Shown piece by piece: positions 51,655-62,571 of a stretch of 64,000 bases of DNA. The notes beneath the pieces are model-generated. The model made no database searches and was not told where the DNA came from. It worked only from the letters and a program-made list of their open reading frames with translations. Position 1 is the first letter of the stretch, and every line of letters begins with the position of its first letter. The translations under genes were made by a program, and so were the position numbers. This DNA comes from an uncultured Planctomycetota bacterium (lineage in GTDB: Bacteria; Planctomycetota; Planctomycetia; Isosphaerales; Isosphaeraceae). The stretch covers positions 242,692 through 306,691 of the forward strand of contig CAVXHV010000009.1 of assembly GCA_963761445.1 (NCBI GenBank). Direction: 5' to 3'.

Positions 51655-52436
51655 ATGGAAATCGTCGGCGTGATCCCAGCCCGTTTCGCTTCGACCCGAC
51701 TACCCGGCAAAGCCCTTTTATCCGAAACCGGCCGGCCGCTCATCCAGCACGTGATCGAAGCGGCGCGACGGCGCAATCGTTACAACGGATCATCGTCGCA
51801 ACCGACGACCCGCGCATCGCCGCGGCCGTGGAGCTCTGCGGCGGCGAATTCATGATGACCCGCGCCGACCATGCGACCGGCACGGACCGTGTCGCCGAAG
51901 TCGCCGCTGCCCTCGAAAGTGCCCGCGTGATCGTGAACCTTCAGGGCGACGAGCCCGAGATCTCCGGCGCAGCGCTCGACCGCGTGGCAGCGCTCCTGGA
52001 CGAGGACCCCGACTCACCGATGGCCACTCTCGCGACGCCGATCCGCGACGAATCGATCTATCGCGATCCTGCCTGCGTCAAGGTGGTGTGCTCCGCAGGC
52101 GGCCGTGCGCTGTACTTCTCGCGCAGCCCGATCCCCCATCACCGCGACGGTCTGGCAGGCCCCGCCCCAGGCGCGACCCCGATCGCCTACCTTCACCTGG
52201 GCATCTACGCCTATCGCCGCGAGTTCCTGCTGGGGCTGGGCAAGCTTCCCCCTTCGCAACTCGAGGCCGCCGAAAAGCTCGAGCAGCTCCGGGTGCTGGA
52301 CGCCGGGTACCCGATTGCCGTCGGGATCGTCGAGGAGGCGGGCATCGGCATCGATACGCCCGAAGACTACCGCCGATTCGTGGCGCGGTGGAACGCGCGG
52401 CAGTCGAGTTGCCTGGCGCCGGCACAATCCCTATGA
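51655..52436 (+). CDS. kdsB: 3-deoxy-manno-octulosonate cytidylyltransferase; frameshift near 51760
   Basis: [21 protein letters not shown].. (ORF 51616-) joins ..[27 protein letters not shown].. (ORF 51828-). Confidence 0.85.
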
Positions 52437-52493
52437 TTGCGCCGTCAGGCGCGTCTTGATAAAGAGCGCGGCACCGGCCTGACATGTGCGGTC

Positions 52494-53462
52494 ATGGGCT
52501 CGCTCGCGAAAGGCTTATGGACGATGAGCACCGATCTCGCTTTCAAGCAATCGACTGCCTCGATCACGCTACGGATCGTCGACACATACGACACGTGCGG
52601 CGCGATCCACCACCTGGGCCATTGCCCGCTGCCGAGCTATCGCGAGGTGGTCGACATCCTGGGTGATCTGCGCGAAATCCTCTATCCGGGGTATGGCCGG
52701 CGCCAGAATCTGAACCGGGGCAACGTCGGCGACCATGTCGGCAGTCTCGTCGACTCGCTGCACGATCGGCTGACCGAGCAAATCGCCCGCGCCTTCCGGC
52801 ACGACTGCGAGGCCGGGGTAAATGCGATGAACCCCCTGGTGAAGGCCGAAGGAATTGCCGTTCGTTTTCTGGATGAAATCCCCGAGCTGCGGCGGACGCT
52901 GGCCGATGACGTGCAGGCCGCATTCGACGGCGACCCGGCGGCCAAGGGGCTCGACGAGATCATCTTCTGCTATCCGGGGACAGGCGCGGTCACGGTCTAT
53001 CGCCTGGCGAATGTGCTTTTTCGCCTGGGCGTGCCGCTCATTCCCCGAATGATGACCGAATACGCGCACGCCAAGACGGGCATCGATATCCACCCCGGCG
53101 CGACCATCGGCCGGCGATTCTTCATCGATCACGGCACGGGCGTCGTGATCGGCGAGACAACCCGCATCGGCGACGGCGTCAAGCTCTATCAGGGCGTCAC
53201 CCTGGGCGCTCGATCCTTCCCGCGCGACGCGCATACCGGCGAGATTGTTCGAGAAGCCAAACGCCACCCCACGCTCGAGGACGAGGTGGTGATCTACGCC
53301 AATGCCACCATTCTGGGGGGCGAGACCGTGATCGGGCACCACTCGGTGATCGGCTCGTCCGCGTGGGTCACCCGCAGCGTCGCGCCCTACACAACCGTCA
53401 CGATCGAAAGCCCCAGCATGCGGATTCGCGAAGGGCACGAGGGCGCGGCGGAGCCTGATTAA
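52494..53462 (+). CDS. cysE: Serine O-acetyltransferase
   Basis: ..[42 protein letters not shown].. hexapeptide-repeat core. The start is uncertain (a TTG at 52437 is also possible). Confidence 0.85.
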   Translation: MGSLAKGLWTMSTDLAFKQSTASITLRIVDTYDTCGAIHHLGHCPLPSYREVVDILGDLREILYPGYGRRQNLNRGNVGDHVGSLVDSLHDRLTEQIARAFRHDCEAGVNAMNPLVKAEGIAVRFLDEIPELRRTLADDVQAAFDGDPAAKGLDEIIFCYPGTGAVTVYRLANVLFRLGVPLIPRMMTEYAHAKTGIDIHPGATIGRRFFIDHGTGVVIGETTRIGDGVKLYQGVTLGARSFPRDAHTGEIVREAKRHPTLEDEVVIYANATILGGETVIGHHSVIGSSAWVTRSVAPYTTVTIESPSMRIREGHEGAAEPD

Positions 53463-54787
53463 ATCTCGTCGACAGCTTCCGGCTTGCCTGAAGTCTCCGG
53501 CACCATCGGTGGCGGCGAAACCCGGTCGAGCAGCACCGCCACGGTCATGTCGCCCAGCACATTCGATGTGGTGCGGCAGCGGTCGAGCAGCCAGTCGACC
53601 GTGAGCAAGATCGGGATCTTCTCCGTGGGCAGACGAACAGCCGCGAAGATCAGCGGCATCGTCACGAAGCTCCCCGAAGGAATGCCGCCGGCACCCACGC
53701 TGGCGACCAGCGTCGTGAGCATGATCAAGATCTGGTCCGGTAAGCTCAGATCAAAGCCGAGAGCCTGCGCCATGAAGAGGACCGCGGTCGCCATGTAGAG
53801 CGCCGTACCGTCGTTGTTGAAGTTGGTGCCGATGCACGCCGTCAACTGGCTCGAGCGCCGCGAGATTCCCATCCGCTCGAGCGATCTGAGCGTGATCGGA
53901 ATCGTGGCGGCGGTACTGGATGTGCTGATTGTGCTGGCCATCACGTCGAGCGACCCGCTCAGAAACCGCAGGGGCGACATCCGGGCCACGACCGCCATTT
54001 GCAGCAGATACCAGAGTACCTGCAGCGACAGCCCGAGGATCACCACGACAATCAGCGAGAGCAACGAGCTAAGGACCGCCAGCCCCTCTTTCTTGCCGAC
54101 GCTCGACGCGACAATTCCAAAGACCGCAAACGGCACCAGAGCCACAACCCAGAGCAGCACCTTCATCAATAACTCAAAGCCGATCGTGAGCAGGTCGACA
54201 ACGACCTTGAACGACGTCTCACCCTTCGCTTTCTGCTGCTCACGAATCTTCACGAGCCCGATGCCCAGGGCGATCGTCAAGACGACGAGCTGGGCGAGGT
54301 GGTTCTTGGTGAACGGCTCGCCGACGCTGGTCGGGATCAGATCCAGCAGCAAGTCGGAGGCGGTCTTCTTGGCGATGCGGCGCCGGGGGTGACCCCGGCT
54401 CGACGAACGCCGCACCCTTGCCGGGGTTGATGAGATTGGTGAGGGTCAGCCCGATGAGCATCGCGACCAGTGTGTTCAGCAGATAGAAGCCCATCATGAG
54501 GGCACCGAGCCGGCCTTTGACATCGTTGGTGACGATCGCACTCAAGATTGCGAGCACGACCAAGGGCGCGGCCAGCGCCGTCAGGCGCGGAGGATCACCG
54601 TGGGCAAGAGTTCCAATCGGCCGGCGCCGTCGCCCCAGAGCAGTCCTGTCGGGATCGCCAGGGCGACCGCGAGAACGACCCAAACGTAAAGCGGCAGGCC
54701 CGCAATCCGGCTCCCGCCCTCCTCGTCAGCTTCGGCTGCCGGTGCCGGGGCGTTGTCTTTGACAGGTGTGCTCGGCGACTGGCTCAT
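53459..54787 (-). CDS. Dicarboxylate/amino acid:cation symporter (DAACS family); about 2 frameshifts
   Basis: Pieces lie in ORFs 54581-54814, 54240-54683 and 53459-54415. Motifs: ..[12 protein letters not shown].., ..[10 protein letters not shown].., ..GAGGIPSGS... Confidence 0.8.
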
Positions 54788-55002
54788 CAAACTCTCCTGG
54801 ACGATAATTCGCAACGGACACCTTGCCCGCGGCCTCTACGTGCGATGGAATGTGGAATTATGCCGGCTCGCGGCTGCGGATGCGAGTGGTGGGTTGCTGT
54901 AGGTCGGGCTTCAGCCTGACGTCCCAGGTAGGTCAGGCTTCAGCCCGACGATCCGAGGGGTTGGGGAAAGATGTGCGCAAGCCGTCGTAGGGGGCGGGTG
55001 GA

Positions 55003-55767
55003 ATGCTCGGCGGCGTGAACGTCTGTCACGTATATCCGTTTGAATTGGGGGACGGCCCGGCGAACATGGCGCTGGACGAGGTGCTTTTGGAGGCGGTGGG
55101 AGCCGGTGAGCTGGCGGCCGTGCTGCGGGTTTATGGCTGGTCGGTGCCGACGCTGAGTCTGGGTTACTTTCAGCGGTTGGCGGAGGTGCGGGCCGAAGCG
55201 CGCTGGTCTGACGTGCCGATTGTGCGGCGGCCGACAGGCGGCGGTGCGATCTGGCACGATCACGAAGTGACCTACGCACTGGCGGTGCCGGAGGGGCATG
55301 TGCTGTCGCGACCCAGCTCCCGGCTGTATCGAGCAGTGCACGGGGCGATTTCAGATGGTTTGGTGGGGTTAGGTATTGGTGCGGTTCGGTCGGGTGAAGT
55401 TTTTTCTCCAGGAGATTGTGGACGCAGCCGACCGTTATTATGCTTTACGGACCGAAGTCCGGAAGATATCGTTTGCGAAGGAAACAAGATTGTGGGAAGC
55501 GCGCAGCGTCGGCGCTGGGGGGCTGTCCTCCAACATGGATCCGTGCTACTGGCCCGGTCGTCCCGGACGCCCGAGCTACCTGGTCTGGGCGATGTTGCGC
55601 AGCAATCTGACGATCCCAGAGATTGGTCCGGAAGATTGGTGGAGTGGATCACCACGGGGCTGGGACTCTGTCGCCTCCCTTCAACCATTCCCGATTCGAT
55701 TCGAGTGCAGGCGGCCGCGAGGGAGGTTGCACGCTACGGGGACCCGGTCTGGACGGAAATTCGGTAA
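55003..55767 (+). CDS. Biotin/lipoate A/B protein ligase-family protein (LplA/LipB-like)
   Basis: ..NMALDEVLLE..LRVYGWSVPTLSLGYFQ..VRRPTGGGAIWHD.EVTY..NKIVGSAQRR... Confidence 0.7.
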   Translation: MLGGVNVCHVYPFELGDGPANMALDEVLLEAVGAGELAAVLRVYGWSVPTLSLGYFQRLAEVRAEARWSDVPIVRRPTGGGAIWHDHEVTYALAVPEGHVLSRPSSRLYRAVHGAISDGLVGLGIGAVRSGEVFSPGDCGRSRPLLCFTDRSPEDIVCEGNKIVGSAQRRRWGAVLQHGSVLLARSSRTPELPGLGDVAQQSDDPRDWSGRLVEWITTGLGLCRLPSTIPDSIRVQAAAREVARYGDPVWTEIR

Positions 55768-56152
55768 TTAGATTCTTGCGAGTTAGAGTTACTATCTTTA
55801 ATCTCCGAAAGATTAAGTTACAATGATAGCGCTCGGTCTTGGGCGTGCCACACGACCGCCTTTCAGCAGTGTTGATCCCACATCAGCTCGATTGCATTCT
55901 TTGCGCCCCCGGGGGAAAACCATGGCGAGGGGAGTGGTGTGGCCGCGTGGACAGTCGCGCAGGGTTTTCACGCGTGTCGGTCGTGGTCCCGAACCTGAGG
56001 AGACGCGGTGCCGATCGTTGCTCGGCGGTCGGCTCATGGCGGCTTCGAACCGGGCATTGCCTCATACTTTCGTATTCCCCGAGTTCTCCTTAGAGCGTTG
56101 GTGTCGGCGCTGATCCCTATCGTTGGAGACCATCGAGGACGGGACGATTCTC

Positions 56153-56972
56153 ATGAAAGTGCAACTCGTTGTCGTTCGAGGCAAACCAGAGGGTAAGGTG
56201 ATCCCGCTGGTCGGGTCTCGCTTCAAGATCGGCCGGGGCGAGACTTGTCACCTGCGTCCCAATAGCGAACAAGTCAGTCGAGAGCATGCCGAGTTTGTGA
56301 TTGCCGGCGAAGCCGTGACTGTCAAAGACCTGGGCAGTCGAAACGGAACATTGGTGAACGGCAAGGCGCTCACGACGGACTCGTGTCAGCTCAAAGATCG
56401 CGACCTGGTCCAGGTTGGGCCGCTCACCTTTGCTGTTTCGATCCTCGAGGACCCTGATTCCTCGAAGAATAAAGTGCCGAGCCAATCGGCGTCGGGCGGC
56501 AAGCCGTCGATGGATGATGTCAGCACGGACGACATCGATTCGTGGTTAGTCGGGCCGAACAGTCCGTCGGCGGCCGATCTGCCGACGGCGGTATACGGGG
56601 GCGACACGATCACGATCAACGCCTTCAAAGCCGGGAGCCCTCCGCCTGCGGCCAAGCCGGCAACTCCGCCTTCGGCCAGCGATGACGAATACGAACGGCA
56701 GCCCGACGACCTCGACGAGGAGCCGAGAGCCATTCGACGAGGATGAAGACGACGACCAGACGCTCGCCGAAGGCACGGAGACGGTCGCGGACTCGCCCGA
56801 AGAATTCATGGACGAGTCGAACCCGTTCTATGCCGCCAAGAAGGCCCAGCAGCTTCAGGCCAAGCAGGGGCCGGCCGGTCCTGCGAAAGCCAAGTTCAAC
56901 GACACCTCGGACGCGGCCGGCGACATCCTGCGCCGGCTGATGGAGCGGCGCCGAGCTGAGAAGAATTCGTGA
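56153..56972 (+). CDS. FHA-domain protein; frameshift near 56725
   Basis: ..FKIGRGETCHLRPNSEQVSREHAEF..VKDLGSRNGTLVNGK... The tail continues in ORF 56682-56972. Confidence 0.8.
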
Positions 56973-58030
56973 CTTCCGCTCAATATCCCGAGCCATCCGT
57001 CGACGTCGAAGAGTTGCTCGAGGAGCCATCGGTGCCACCACCGGAGGCGATCGCGGCAGCGCGAGCCGGACTGGTCCGGCTGATCGAACGCATGGAAGCG
57101 CAGGTGGTGGGCCAGCGAGTTCTGCTGGAACGGCTCATCATCGCGCTTCTGGCCGGCGGCCACGTTCTGATCGAGGGTGTGCCCGGACTGGCAAAAACAC
57201 GCGCCGTCCGCGCCCTGGCCCAGGCCTTGTATCTCCCGTTCCGGCGGATTCAATTCACTCCGGATCTCCTGCCGGCGGACCTGACCGGCACCCAGATCTA
57301 CCGCCCTGCGACCGGCACGTTCGACGTTCGTCCCGGGCCGATCGTCACCAGCGTCCTGCTCGCCGACGAGATCAACCGGGCACCGGCCAAGGTTCAAAGC
57401 GCCCTGCTCGAGGCCATGCAAGAGGGCCAGATCACGGTCGGTGACGAGACCATCGCGCTGCCCGAGACGTTCTGGGTGCTGGCCACCCAGAACCCGATCG
57501 AGCACGAGGGCACCTACCCACTTCCGGAAGCCCAGCTCGACCGCTTCCTGATGAAGCTCGTGGTCGGCTACCCCGATCGCGCCGCCGAGCTGCGGATGCT
57601 GGATCTGCCCAGCATTTCCGACACGCCCCGCCCCGACTCGGACACGCGCACGAGCGAAGAGCCCCCGCTGTTCGGCCCTACCGACGTGGTCGCCTTCCGC
57701 TCGCTGGCTGCTACGATCCGGATCGCGCCGGCCGTGAAAGAATATATCGTCGACCTGGTCCGCGCCACTCGCGACCCGGCGGCGTTCGGCCTGCCGCTGG
57801 CACCGCTGCTCGAGCTCGGCGCCAGCCCGCGCGCCACCATCGCCCTGCTGCGGGCTTCACGAGCCCACGCACTGCTCGCCGGGCGCGATTTTGTCACCCC
57901 GCATGACGTCAAGACCCTCGGCCGTGACATCATGCGCCATCGCATCCTTGTCAGCTTCGAGGCCGATGCCGAAGGGCTTGGGCCCGACGACATCATCCAG
58001 CGCATCCTCGACCATATTCCCGTTCCCTGA
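56969..58030 (+). CDS. MoxR-family AAA+ ATPase
   Basis: Walker A GVPGLAKT, Walker B LLADEINRA, ..ATQNPIEHEGTYPLPEAQLDRF... The GTG start overlaps the FHA stop (GTGA). Confidence 0.9.
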   Translation: MTSAQYPEPSVDVEELLEEPSVPPPEAIAAARAGLVRLIERMEAQVVGQRVLLERLIIALLAGGHVLIEGVPGLAKTRAVRALAQALYLPFRRIQFTPDLLPADLTGTQIYRPATGTFDVRPGPIVTSVLLADEINRAPAKVQSALLEAMQEGQITVGDETIALPETFWVLATQNPIEHEGTYPLPEAQLDRFLMKLVVGYPDRAAELRMLDLPSISDTPRPDSDTRTSEEPPLFGPTDVVAFRSLAATIRIAPAVKEYIVDLVRATRDPAAFGLPLAPLLELGASPRATIALLRASRAHALLAGRDFVTPHDVKTLGRDIMRHRILVSFEADAEGLGPDDIIQRILDHIPVP

Positions 58031-58057
58031 CAGCGGGGCTTCTTTGCCGGTGCAGCC

Positions 58058-59929
58058 ATGCCGATGGACCTGAGCGAGGCGATCGAGCACCACCGCAGGG
58101 GCGAGCTTGAGCGGGCCGCTCAGATCTATGAGGCGGCCCTGGCTCTGGAGCCGGAGCGGGCGGAAGCCCTGCACCTCCTGGGCCTGGTGGCGCTTCAAAA
58201 AGGGGACGCCCGCAGCGCGGTCGATCTCATCGGCCGCGCCGTCGCCGCGCGACCCGGCGAGGCCGAGTACCACGCCTGTCTTGGCGAGGCTTACTGGGCG
58301 ATCGGGCAACCGGACCGCGCGGTTGCTTGCTATCGAGAATCATTGCGTTTACGGCCCGGCAACGCCGAAGCAATCACCAACCTCGGATCAACGCTATTAG
58401 GTCAGGGGGATATCGACGGGGCGATCGTCTGCTTCTCTGACGCCATCCGGCTCAAGCCCGGTCTCGCCGCCGCTCACAACAATCTGGGTCGCGCCCTCGT
58501 GCTCAAGGGCGATACAGCACGGGCACCCGAGCACTTCCGCTCTGCCGTCTGGCTCGACCCGGCCGCGGCCGATCCCCACAGCAATCTGGGCCTGGTCCTG
58601 CTCGAGCGAGGCGACGCCCAGACAGCTCTGCTCCATTGCCGCGAAGCAATCCGGTTGCGTCCCACCTTCCTGGCAGCACACATCAATCTCGGCAACGTGC
58701 TGCAAGCGCTCGGTCGTCAAGATGAGGCTGAGAAATGCTTCCGCGCGGCAATCCGGCTCGAGCCGAGCTCTGCGGCCGCCCATGCCGCGCTCGCGGGCGT
58801 ACTCGAAGAGCTTGGTGAAAGTTCCGAGTCGCTCGAGTCACTGCGGGAAGCCCTCCGCCAGAATCCGCGTCACACCGGGGCCCTGGCGAGGCTGGCAACT
58901 CAGTTGCGCGGCAGCCTCTCCCCGACCGACCAGGCCGCGATCGAACACCTGGCGGCCGAGCCCGGACTGCCGCCGGAGGGGCGCTGGTTGTTGCTATTCG
59001 GCCTGGCGCAGGTCTGTGACGCCCGCGGCGAGTTCGCGCAGGCCGCCACGCTCGCCGAGGGAGCCAATACCCTTCAAAAGGCGGACTTCGAGAGACGTGG
59101 GCTCGCTTATGACCCGGCCTCACACAGGCTCTTCGTCGACCGTCTGCTCGAGGCGTTCACCCCGATTTTGTTCGAGCGTGTGCGCGGCTGGGGACACGAC
59201 ACAGATCGGCCTGTCTTCGTCGTTGGCATGCCCAGATCGGGCACCACGCTCGTCGAGCAGATTCTTGCCAGCCACCCTCGCGTTTTCGGGGCCGGCGAGC
59301 TGCGGCTCGCGACGAGGACGTTCAACAGCCTGCCCGGCGCGACGCGACGTCGCGGTCTCCCCTACGAATGTCTCGATTACCTCGACCGCGACGCAGTTCT
59401 CCACCTGGCGCAAACACACCTGGAAGGTCTCGCCGAGCGCAACGCCTCGGCAGAACGGATCGTGGACAAGATGCCCGAGAACACGCTCTACCTGGGTTTG
59501 ATGGCCGTTCTGTTTCCTCGCGCACGCTTCATTCATTGTCGCCGCGACCTGCGCGATTCGGCCCTCTCCTGCTGGATCACCAACTTCGGAATGGTGCGGT
59601 GGGCCTGCGACGGCCACCACATCGCCACCCGCGCAGCAGAGTACCGGCGGGTCATGGAACACTGGCGCCGGGTGCTGCCCGTGCCGGTGCTCGATGTCGA
59701 CTATGAATCGCTGGTCGCCGAGCCGGAGCGAGTCTCGCGCCAGATCCTGGCCTGGTGCGGCCTGGAGTGGAACGCGGCCTGCGCGGAGCCTCACAAAACA
59801 CGGCGGCCCGTGCGCACCGCCAGCGCAATACAGGTGCGCCGCCCGGTCTACAGCACCTCGGTCGGTCGCTGGAAAAACTACGCGCAACCACTTGCGCCGA
59901 TGTTCGCGGACCTGGAGAAGCTCGTGTGA
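58058..59929 (+). CDS. TPR-repeat protein with a C-terminal sulfotransferase domain
   Basis: About 7 TPR units (..AEALHLLGLVALQKGD..) followed by the PAPS 5'-PSB motif VVGMPRSGTTLVEQIL. Confidence 0.8.
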   Translation: MPMDLSEAIEHHRRGELERAAQIYEAALALEPERAEALHLLGLVALQKGDARSAVDLIGRAVAARPGEAEYHACLGEAYWAIGQPDRAVACYRESLRLRPGNAEAITNLGSTLLGQGDIDGAIVCFSDAIRLKPGLAAAHNNLGRALVLKGDTARAPEHFRSAVWLDPAAADPHSNLGLVLLERGDAQTALLHCREAIRLRPTFLAAHINLGNVLQALGRQDEAEKCFRAAIRLEPSSAAAHAALAGVLEELGESSESLESLREALRQNPRHTGALARLATQLRGSLSPTDQAAIEHLAAEPGLPPEGRWLLLFGLAQVCDARGEFAQAATLAEGANTLQKADFERRGLAYDPASHRLFVDRLLEAFTPILFERVRGWGHDTDRPVFVVGMPRSGTTLVEQILASHPRVFGAGELRLATRTFNSLPGATRRRGLPYECLDYLDRDAVLHLAQTHLEGLAERNASAERIVDKMPENTLYLGLMAVLFPRARFIHCRRDLRDSALSCWITNFGMVRWACDGHHIATRAAEYRRVMEHWRRVLPVPVLDVDYESLVAEPERVSRQILAWCGLEWNAACAEPHKTRRPVRTASAIQVRRPVYSTSVGRWKNYAQPLAPMFADLEKLV

Positions 59930-59945
59930 AGCGCCGCGATCTCAA

Positions 59946-60812
59946 CTACCGGGCCGGTGCCAGCGTCGCACCTCGCGGCAAGGGCTCGGTTTGCTGGTCG
60001 CGGTACAACTCCTTCGGCTGCTTGAAGAGCCAGGCCCAGAAGACCAGGCCCGTCGCGAAGAGTGCGACGCTGATGTTCTGCGAGATCGTCATCCCGGCGA
60101 AGAAGACGCCCTCGTCATTCCGCAGGAGCTCGACAAAAAACCGCGTGATGGGGTAAGTGACCATCAACAGACCGAGCACTTCTCCATCACGGCGGCGCAG
60201 GGGATAGTAGGCTGACAACAGCAACAGGAGAATCAGCCCGTCGAGCGCGGCATAAAGCTGGGTGGGATGGATGGGAAGCGACCAGGTGGCATCGGGCGAA
60301 ATTAATTTGAGGGCCGCTTGATGCAGCCAGGGAGGCGATTCCTTTGGAAATGAAACGGCCCACGGCAGCGCACACGAATCACCATAGCAGCACCCGTTCA
60401 AGAAGCAGCCGATCCGGCCGAACATGGTTCCAATCGCGATCGAAGGCGCCATCACGTCCATGTAAGGCCGCAGCGGGAAAGGCCTGTACCAGCGGTAAAC
60501 GAAGAAGGCGATCGTGCCGCCGACGATCCCGCCGTAGAACACGATGCCCCCTTTCCAGTACTGCAGCACATCCCAGACAGACTTGATCTCGTGTCCCCAG
60601 TACTCGTAGCAATAGAACAGACGCGCACCGACCATCCCCGAGAAGCAGACCCAGAAGGCCATATCCAGAATGACCTCGGGATCGAGCTTCTCACGCCGTG
60701 CCCGCCACGCCGCAAGCCACGTTGCCGAAATGAACGCCAGCACGATCGACACGCCGAACCCGAAGACGCGCACCCCGCCAAAGATCGGTAAGTTGATCAG
60801 AACCTGTCTCAT
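59946..60812 (-). CDS. lgt: Prolipoprotein diacylglyceryl transferase
   Basis: ..YWKGGIVFYGGIVGG.., ..GRIGCFLNGCCYG... Confidence 0.9.
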   Translation of the reverse strand: MRQVLINLPIFGGVRVFGFGVSIVLAFISATWLAAWRARREKLDPEVILDMAFWVCFSGMVGARLFYCYEYWGHEIKSVWDVLQYWKGGIVFYGGIVGGTIAFFVYRWYRPFPLRPYMDVMAPSIAIGTMFGRIGCFLNGCCYGDSCALPWAVSFPKESPPWLHQAALKLISPDATWSLPIHPTQLYAALDGLILLLLLSAYYPLRRRDGEVLGLLMVTYPITRFFVELLRNDEGVFFAGMTISQNISVALFATGLVFWAWLFKQPKELYRDQQTEPLPRGATLAPAR

Positions 60813-61672
60813 ACAACTCCTTTAAGCAGCATATTGTCGATGAGGCGGGTGCTGCCGAACCGGACAGCCAGGAGTGCGACGGCGCGGGTGCCTTGCTCGA
60901 AATGCGCGAGCGGCTCAAGAGTTTCCGCGCTGGCGACTTCGGCGTAGTCGAGCCTGGCGAGCGGCTCGGATTCTATCGTTTCGCGCAGAATCTGTCGAAC
61001 CTGTCCGGCGTCTTGCTCACCGGCGGTACAGGCCGTGCGGGCATTTTCGAGCGCACAAAAGAGCACGCCGGCCCCCTTGCGCTCGTCCGCGTTCAAATAG
61101 CGGTTGCGACTGCTCATCGCCAGTCCGTCCTCCTCCCGAATCGTAGGGCACGTGTCAATCTCGACGCCTAGGTGCAAGTCTGCAACCATCCGCCTGATCA
61201 CGAGTTGTTGCTGGTAGTCCTTCTGACCGAAGCAAGCGAGATCAGGCCGGACAATCTCGAAGAGTTTGAGGACGACGGTGGCAACGCCGCGGAAATGGCC
61301 CGGCCGGCTGGCGCCTTCGAGAATGTTCGAGAGCAGGGGCACCTCGACGAAAGTCGATTCGAGGGCGCTGGGATACATGGTCTGGACGCTGGGAGCGAAA
61401 ACGACGCTCGCGCCGGAGGCTTCGCATACTTTCAGGTCGTCTTCGAGGGCGCGCGGGTATCGGCTGAAGTCTTCGCTCGGCCCAAACTGGGTGGGATTGA
61501 CGAAGATCGAGACGATCGTGATGCCGGACTGGCTGTGGCAGCGTTCAATCAGCCGGGCGTGGCCGGTGTGGAGAGCGCCCATCGTGGGAACGAGCCCCAC
61601 GCGCCTGCCCGATTCGCGCGCCGCGGAAACCGCGGCGCGCACGGCGACCGTGCTCTCTAGCCGCTCAACCAC
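60809..61672 (-). CDS. panC: Pantoate-beta-alanine ligase
   Basis: ..VGLVPTMGALHTGH.., ..VSIFVNPTQFGP.EDFSRYPR... Confidence 0.9.
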   Translation of the reverse strand: MVERLESTVAVRAAVSAARESGRRVGLVPTMGALHTGHARLIERCHSQSGITIVSIFVNPTQFGPSEDFSRYPRALEDDLKVCEASGASVVFAPSVQTMYPSALESTFVEVPLLSNILEGASRPGHFRGVATVVLKLFEIVRPDLACFGQKDYQQQLVIRRMVADLHLGVEIDTCPTIREEDGLAMSSRNRYLNADERKGAGVLFCALENARTACTAGEQDAGQVRQILRETIESEPLARLDYAEVASAETLEPLAHFEQGTRAVALLAVRFGSTRLIDNMLLKGVV

Positions 61673-62042
61673 GCGACTCGCTCCGAGGCTCGCCGCCGCG
61701 GTGGGGACAGCCGGGGTTGTTCAGGCATTCTTCGGCGATCAGTAGGTCGCTCACGACCTCACCGTTCCTGATCGTGCTGGCAACGATCCGCGGCACGTCG
61801 GCGATCGTGACGCCACCGTACCAGATTCCGGCCGGATAAATCACCACCGTTGGCCCGTGCTCGCACTGGTCGAGACACCCGGCATGGTTGGCGCGCACCG
61901 ATGCGCCGGCGCCGGCGGCCTTCAACTCCTTCTTGAACGCGTCGCGCAGCGCCTGGTTGCCCTCGGGGTCGCAGCAACCACGCTTGTGCCCCGCCTCGCG
62001 AACGTTTCCGCATACAAAGATATGATGAGTAAATTGCGGCAT
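61665..62042 (-). CDS. Thioredoxin-like [2Fe-2S] ferredoxin
   Basis: HIFVCGN..RGCC.., ..AGCLDQCEHGP.VVIYP..WY... Confidence 0.75.
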   Translation of the reverse strand: MPQFTHHIFVCGNVREAGHKRGCCDPEGNQALRDAFKKELKAAGAGASVRANHAGCLDQCEHGPTVVIYPAGIWYGGVTIADVPRIVASTIRNGEVVSDLLIAEECLNNPGCPHRGGEPRSESRG

Positions 62043-62571
62043 GGTGATTCCAGACCAGGTCGGTTACGCGCTCCTCCGCTCCGCTTCACGAAGCATGCTT
62101 GCTCGCACCACATTAGCAATTTGACGTCGGATTTGCAGCATGGGATTCGTCGGGGAGCCGGGTCGGGAGTTCCGCGGCTGGCTGCTCAACTTACTGAGCA
62201 CCGGATGTGGTCAAGTCCTCGGAAGCTGACGAGGGCCGAGCACGACGTCCAGGCGACGACGCCAGTGCTCGGGAGACGCTTGAATCTCTTCCAGGAATCG
62301 GCGGGCCATGCCCTGAGCCGCTGAAAGATTTGCGACTCGCGCGCGGAATAGCGATTATGAGTGAAGATCGTCGTGCCGGTGATTCCGACGGCGGACGTGT
62401 GCTCGTGGACTCTGCAACCTGCGGTCTCGCCGCCATCCGTGAATCCTCGGCGGCGATCAAAACCTGGGGCGTCGCGATGGGCAAAACTTCTTTCGAGCGC
62501 AACGTGGCCGCAAGCCGAAGGCGGGTATCGCGGCCGCGCAGGATGGGAAAAGTCACCGCGCTTCGGCGCGG

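Noticed and set aside
52569-53438. 289-aa minus-strand ORF
   Set aside because: It is antisense to cysE, whose hexapeptide-repeat translation is unambiguous.
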